Shown: piece after piece, positions 59,776 to 64,000 of the stretch
How positions within the stretch are numbered: position 1 is the stretch's first letter
Layout: each line of letters starts with the position of its first letter
DNA from: Ignavibacteria bacterium
GTDB lineage: Bacteria; Bacteroidota; Ignavibacteria; Kapaibacteriales; UBA961
Assembly: GCA_947491315.1 (NCBI GenBank)
Contig: CANLII010000005.1
Coordinates: 34,552 to 98,551 of the forward strand
Direction of reading: 5' to 3'
DNA: 64,000 nucleotides
Notes under the pieces: model-generated
What the model was told of the DNA's origin: nothing
Database searches by the model: none
The model's input: the letters and a program-made list of their open reading frames with translations, nothing else
Position numbers and translations under genes: made by a program

Positions 59776-61155
59776 ATGTCAAGAATTGGCGCTCATAAAC
59801 GAACCTTGAATCATTTGATTGTCCAGATCATGTGGATAATTTCGGTTATTGTCGCAATGGCTGAAACTCGTGAACCCATCAATTTGCATCATGCAGATGT
59901 TTTATCCGGTTCAGAAAGTCCGACTGGTCCAATCAGACAGTGTCGTGGGAATGTGCATCTCTCTCAAGGCAATGTCTCAGTGAAATGTGATTATGCACTC
60001 TGGAACATCAATAGTAATTCCATTGAAATGTCGGGAAATGTGATCATCCAGCAGGGAACGATGACTTTATCTATGCCTTCGGGTTCCTATGATGGGGGAT
60101 CTAAATTAGCCAAGGGAAGAGGTGGAGTGAAAGTCATTGATCGAGGAAGAACGGTAAAAGCACTATATGGTGACTATTCAACGAAGTCATATCTCGCCAG
60201 ATTTTTTGGAAATGTTTCTGTTGAAGATGATTCCACATTGATCTATGCAGATTCAGCGCATTATGAAAGATCGACAAGACGAAGTCTCGCATTTGGAAGA
60301 GTTGTGGTGTTAAGCAAGAATAATCCCGCCATCATAGAAGGTATATTCGCTGAAAGCATTCCGAATGAGGAAATGACAAGAATTACCGGAAGGCCAATAT
60401 TGTTTTTGATTGATAGCACGAAGAACAATGATACGATACTCATTGAAAGAAAACAGGAATCAGAAAAAAAATCAAAGAAGAAAGTTCAAACTCAGGATTC
60501 TCTGTTCATTAAGCAATCATTTGCTTATGATACAATGACTGTGACCGCTGATACTCTTGAGACTTCATCATCGAGAGGGAATATGTATGAGGCAAAACAG
60601 AATGTTGAAATCATTCGATCTGGAATGTCGGGAATATGTACTTCTGCATTGTTCAAACCCGATAATGATACGCTGAGATTGGAAGGAAAGCCGATGATAT
60701 GGTTTGATTCCACGATGATGACTGCGGATTCGATGTATATTCTCATGAAGAAGAGATCGCTTATTAAAATTGACGCATCTGGTTCGGCATTTACATTGAC
60801 AAAAGATGATACTCTTCGTCCACAAAGAGCTCAGCAATTGAGTGGAAAGCATATTACCATCAATGTTAAACAAGACACGATTTTCAATATCGTTTCGGAA
60901 GTCCAAGCAAAGAGTTTGTATTTCTTACTCAGTGAAAAAGGGATTCCTGAAGGGGCAGCCAAAAATTCATGTGATACAATTGTCGTGAGATTTGAAGCGG
61001 GTGAACCCGAATCCATTATTTGGATTGGTGGCGTTCAGGGAGAAGTGTATCCCGAACATGTAATTGAGAGCAGGGAGGTGTCATTCGATTTACCAGGCAG
61101 ACCCGAAGAGCGAAAAAAACCAATCAGAAGAACCAGGCAATATCCTCATCATTGA
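59776..61155 (+). CDS. Hypothetical envelope protein with OstA/LptA-like beta-jellyroll repeats
   Basis: N-terminal hydrophobic anchor. Repeated …GNVHLSQGNVSVKCDYALW…MSGNVIIQQGTMTLS… segments resemble OstA-like N-domain repeats. Confidence 0.4.
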   Translation: MSRIGAHKRTLNHLIVQIMWIISVIVAMAETREPINLHHADVLSGSESPTGPIRQCRGNVHLSQGNVSVKCDYALWNINSNSIEMSGNVIIQQGTMTLSMPSGSYDGGSKLAKGRGGVKVIDRGRTVKALYGDYSTKSYLARFFGNVSVEDDSTLIYADSAHYERSTRRSLAFGRVVVLSKNNPAIIEGIFAESIPNEEMTRITGRPILFLIDSTKNNDTILIERKQESEKKSKKKVQTQDSLFIKQSFAYDTMTVTADTLETSSSRGNMYEAKQNVEIIRSGMSGICTSALFKPDNDTLRLEGKPMIWFDSTMMTADSMYILMKKRSLIKIDASGSAFTLTKDDTLRPQRAQQLSGKHITINVKQDTIFNIVSEVQAKSLYFLLSEKGIPEGAAKNSCDTIVVRFEAGEPESIIWIGGVQGEVYPEHVIESREVSFDLPGRPEERKKPIRRTRQYPHH

Positions 61156-62004
61156 TCAAGAAAGTACATCAATATCCAGCGAGATGTCCATTGCCGAGGC
61201 AGAATGTGTGATGGCCCCAACCGAGATGAAATCAACGCCTGTCATTGCATAATTTCTGATTGTTGCTAGCGTGATATTACCTGAAGACTCTGTTTCCATT
61301 GCACGATTCACAAGTTCCACGCCGGCTTTGGTTTGCTCAACAGTGAAATTATCGAACAAAATTCTTTTCACATTTCCATATTCAAGTATTTCGATGACAT
61401 CTTGCAGTGAATCTGCTTCCACTTCAATGGGAATATCATCAGGAATATATTCTTTGCAAATGCGAATTGCGTCTTTTATTCCACCTGCAGCTGCAATATG
61501 ATTGTCTTTGATCATCGCCATGTCATATAAGCCCATGCGATGATTATTTCCACCGCCCATTCTCACTGCATATTTATCGAGTTCTCTCCAGCCTGGGATG
61601 GTTTTTCGTGTATCCAGAATTCTTGCCCCGGTTCCTTCAATTGCATGTACATATTTTGCAGTAAGAGTTGCAACGCCACTCATTCTTTGCATGAAATTGA
61701 GAGCTGTTCTTTCTCCTGAGAGTAAATCGCGAGCTTCTCCATCGATTTCCGCGAGAATCATTCCAGGTGCCATGATATCACCATCTTGCATATGTTTCAC
61801 CCATGAAATGCGATTGTCGCTGACGATTTGAAACACCATTCCTGCAACAGAAAGTCCACAGGCAATGCCATGTTGTTTGGCAATGAATGTGCCATGAGAC
61901 CATGCGCCGATTTCTGGAAAAATACTTTCCGTAGTCACATCGCCCGTTCTGATGTCTTCATTCAATGCAATTTGTATGAGTCGGATGATTTCTGAATTAT
62001 GCAC
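61156..62004 (-). CDS. nadC: Nicotinate-nucleotide pyrophosphorylase (quinolinate phosphoribosyltransferase)
   Basis: 282 aa. …LDTRKTIPGWR…, …GGGNNHRMGLYD…, and the …MLDNF… QPRTase motifs. Confidence 0.85.
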   Translation of the reverse strand: MHNSEIIRLIQIALNEDIRTGDVTTESIFPEIGAWSHGTFIAKQHGIACGLSVAGMVFQIVSDNRISWVKHMQDGDIMAPGMILAEIDGEARDLLSGERTALNFMQRMSGVATLTAKYVHAIEGTGARILDTRKTIPGWRELDKYAVRMGGGNNHRMGLYDMAMIKDNHIAAAGGIKDAIRICKEYIPDDIPIEVEADSLQDVIEILEYGNVKRILFDNFTVEQTKAGVELVNRAMETESSGNITLATIRNYAMTGVDFISVGAITHSASAMDISLDIDVLS

Positions 62005-62023
62005 GATGCTATTGAGATGGTGA

Positions 62024-63469
62024 TCAAGATTTCTTTTTCATGAATGCATAGAGAGGAATGCCTGTCAGCACAAGTAATACGCCGGGAATTGTTGTATCGG
62101 GTTTGAAGAATAATAAGTCCAAAATGATTGCGCTGGCAAATGCGATATACAAAGCGGGTAAAATGGGATATCCAAATGCTTTATATGGTCTTTCGGCATC
62201 GGGTCTTTTCTTGCGCAGAATAAAGATTCCATAAATGGTGAGAATATAGAAAATCAAAACGGCTGTAACCACATAATCCAATAATGCGCCATAGGTGCCG
62301 GAAAGACATAAGAGTGAAGCCCATATAGCTTGTATGATAAGGGCTATACCGGGAACGCCATTCCCATTGAGATTTCCTGCTTTGGCAAAAAAGAGTCCAT
62401 CCTTGGCCATTGCAAAATATGCGCGAGATCCGGAGAGTATGATGCCATTATTGCAACCAAAGGTTGAAATCATGATGAGTGCTGCCATGATAGAGGCTCC
62501 GCCTGCACCAAAGATGATTTCCGCTGCTGCAGCTCCAACTCTGTCACTCACGGCAAATTGCATTCCACGGGCCATCACATCGCTTCCTTCGGGAAATCCT
62601 ATGACGGGGAGAACATGCATATAGGCGACATTGGCCAGGATATAGAGCAAAGTGACAATACCTGTTCCAATTGCAAGACTAAGTGGAATATTTTTAGCTG
62701 GTTCACGCACTTCGCCGGCCGTGAATGTGATATTATTCCATGCATCGCTAGAAAAGATTGAACCAACCATTGCTGTACCGAACATTGCAATGAGCATTGC
62801 ACCGCCGAGATCCATGACCGTTCCATCCGGTTTGATTTGCTCTGCATCCCAAAATGTGGTTAGGTTTTGAGTCCATGTTGCATGATCACTTCCAAAGAAT
62901 AAGCCCAAACCAATGAGAATGATGAGAGCTGCTGTCTTGGAAAATGTAAATATATTCTGAATGATTTTTCCTTCTCGCACACCACGAAGATTGATCCAAG
63001 TCAATATCCAGATACTGATGATTGCAAGAATTTGCGCGCCTGAAATCGTGAACGAACCAATGGTCAGAAGAATGTTTTTCTCACTCACAAAAGGAATGAA
63101 CACTCCCGTATATTTTGCAAATGCAACCGCGACTGCTGCAATTGTTCCGGTTTGTATGACGGCAAATAATGTCCAACCATAGAGAAAAGCGATGAATGGA
63201 TTATATGCTTCACGCAAATACACATATTGTCCACCTGCTTTTGGCATCATGCCCGCGAGTTCACCATAACTCAAGGCCGCAATCAGGGTAAATATGCCAG
63301 TCAAAGCCCAAACGAGCAATACCCATCCACCACCACCGATTGTGCGGGAAATATCGGCACTGACAATAAAAATACCTGAACCGATCATGGATCCGATGAC
63401 AAGCATCGTGGAGTCGAAGAGACCGAGATCGCGTTTAAATGTTTGTTCTTGATTCATGAACTTACCCAA
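62024..63469 (-). CDS. Amino acid permease (APC superfamily)
   Basis: 481 aa, 12 TM helices. …GSGIFIVSADI… is the APC signature region. Confidence 0.8.
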   Translation of the reverse strand: MGKFMNQEQTFKRDLGLFDSTMLVIGSMIGSGIFIVSADISRTIGGGGWVLLVWALTGIFTLIAALSYGELAGMMPKAGGQYVYLREAYNPFIAFLYGWTLFAVIQTGTIAAVAVAFAKYTGVFIPFVSEKNILLTIGSFTISGAQILAIISIWILTWINLRGVREGKIIQNIFTFSKTAALIILIGLGLFFGSDHATWTQNLTTFWDAEQIKPDGTVMDLGGAMLIAMFGTAMVGSIFSSDAWNNITFTAGEVREPAKNIPLSLAIGTGIVTLLYILANVAYMHVLPVIGFPEGSDVMARGMQFAVSDRVGAAAAEIIFGAGGASIMAALIMISTFGCNNGIILSGSRAYFAMAKDGLFFAKAGNLNGNGVPGIALIIQAIWASLLCLSGTYGALLDYVVTAVLIFYILTIYGIFILRKKRPDAERPYKAFGYPILPALYIAFASAIILDLLFFKPDTTIPGVLLVLTGIPLYAFMKKKS

Positions 63470-63516
63470 AAAAGATTGAGGCGAAAATAGGCATCAAAGT
63501 GGAGAATATGCAAAGA

Positions 63517-63542
63517 CAAAAAAAAGACCGCTTTTGGCGGTC
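63517..63542 (-). terminator. Rho-independent terminator downstream of the SDR gene (minus strand)
   Basis: Stem GACCGC / GCGGTC with loop; on the minus strand a T-run follows (plus-strand A-run at 63517..63525). Confidence 0.5.
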
Positions 63543-63554
63543 AAATGATGCTGA

Positions 63555-64000
63555 TCATGCTTGCTCTTCGGGTGTCCACCAGGTGAGATCGATTGAGTCT
63601 TCTCCACCATCCACGCCGAGAATCGTACCATTGATCCAATCACATTCCGGCTTGACGAGAAGTGAAATTACATTCGCTATATCTTCGGGTTGTGTGAGGC
63701 GATGATAAGGATTACGCATATATGCATTTTTCATGATGGTAGCGCTGCCCGGAATTTTATCTAATGCGGGAGTATATGTCACACCTGCACGAATTGAATT
63801 TGCGGTGATTCCATGAGGAGCAAGTTCAAGAGCCATTTGTCGTATATATGATTCCATCGCGGATTTTGCTGCTGCGACAGCTCCATACATCGGTAAAACG
63901 CGTTGACTTCCCGCTGAAGTTAAGCCAATGATGCGAGAACCTTTGGAAAACAGACCTGATGCCATAACTGCTTGTGACCAATAAACAATGCTATTTGCCA
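63555..64000 (-). CDS. Short-chain dehydrogenase/reductase, enoyl-ACP reductase (FabI/FabL)-like; C-terminal portion only, with the 5' end beyond the window
   Basis: …MYGAVAAAKSAMESYIRQMALELAPHGITANSIRAGV… carries the Y-x3-K (enoyl reductase-type) catalytic motif. The ORF is open to the window end. Confidence 0.55.
   Translation of the reverse strand, partial: ANSIVYWSQAVMASGLFSKGSRIIGLTSAGSQRVLPMYGAVAAAKSAMESYIRQMALELAPHGITANSIRAGVTYTPALDKIPGSATIMKNAYMRNPYHRLTQPEDIANVISLLVKPECDWINGTILGVDGGEDSIDLTWWTPEEQA

Overview
This 64 kb window is a low-GC (roughly 40%, judged by eye) stretch of bacterial chromosome, densely packed on both strands with mostly housekeeping genes. Recognisable genes include cdsA, a PASTA-containing class B PBP, a Xer recombinase, guaB, a SufU/DUF59/reductase trio, miaB, dnaB, queF-queD-gltX, a sigma-54 activator, lepB, cdaA, pcm, groES-groEL behind a perfect CIRCE operator, gcvT, dapA, trxA, eno, a family-4 uracil-DNA glycosylase, smc, nadC, an agmatinase and one tRNA-Leu(CAA). 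Two large secreted proteins end in T9SS-type C-terminal sorting domains, and a sigma-54 enhancer-binding protein and a eukaryote-like kynurenine 3-monooxygenase are also present. Together these point to a diderm of the FCB group (Bacteroidota / Ignavibacteriota-like), but the taxonomic placement is tentative. There is no CRISPR array, rRNA, transposase or phage module. The most striking structure is a single-gene cargo (a TPR-adenylate cyclase) flanked by a ~177 bp direct repeat of the 3' end of the uracil-DNA glycosylase gene. The right-hand repeat belongs to a decayed, diverged 3' fragment of that gene, and the segment out to the tRNA-Leu looks AT-richer than its surroundings; together this resembles an att-site footprint. 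Other points worth a second look are an ECF sigma / anti-sigma / lipoprotein / T9SS-cargo operon, a PASTA-bearing PBP lying outside any dcw context, a PaaD/PaaE-like Fe-S module, a pair of DnaA boxes upstream of dnaB, and scattered kynurenine-pathway genes.
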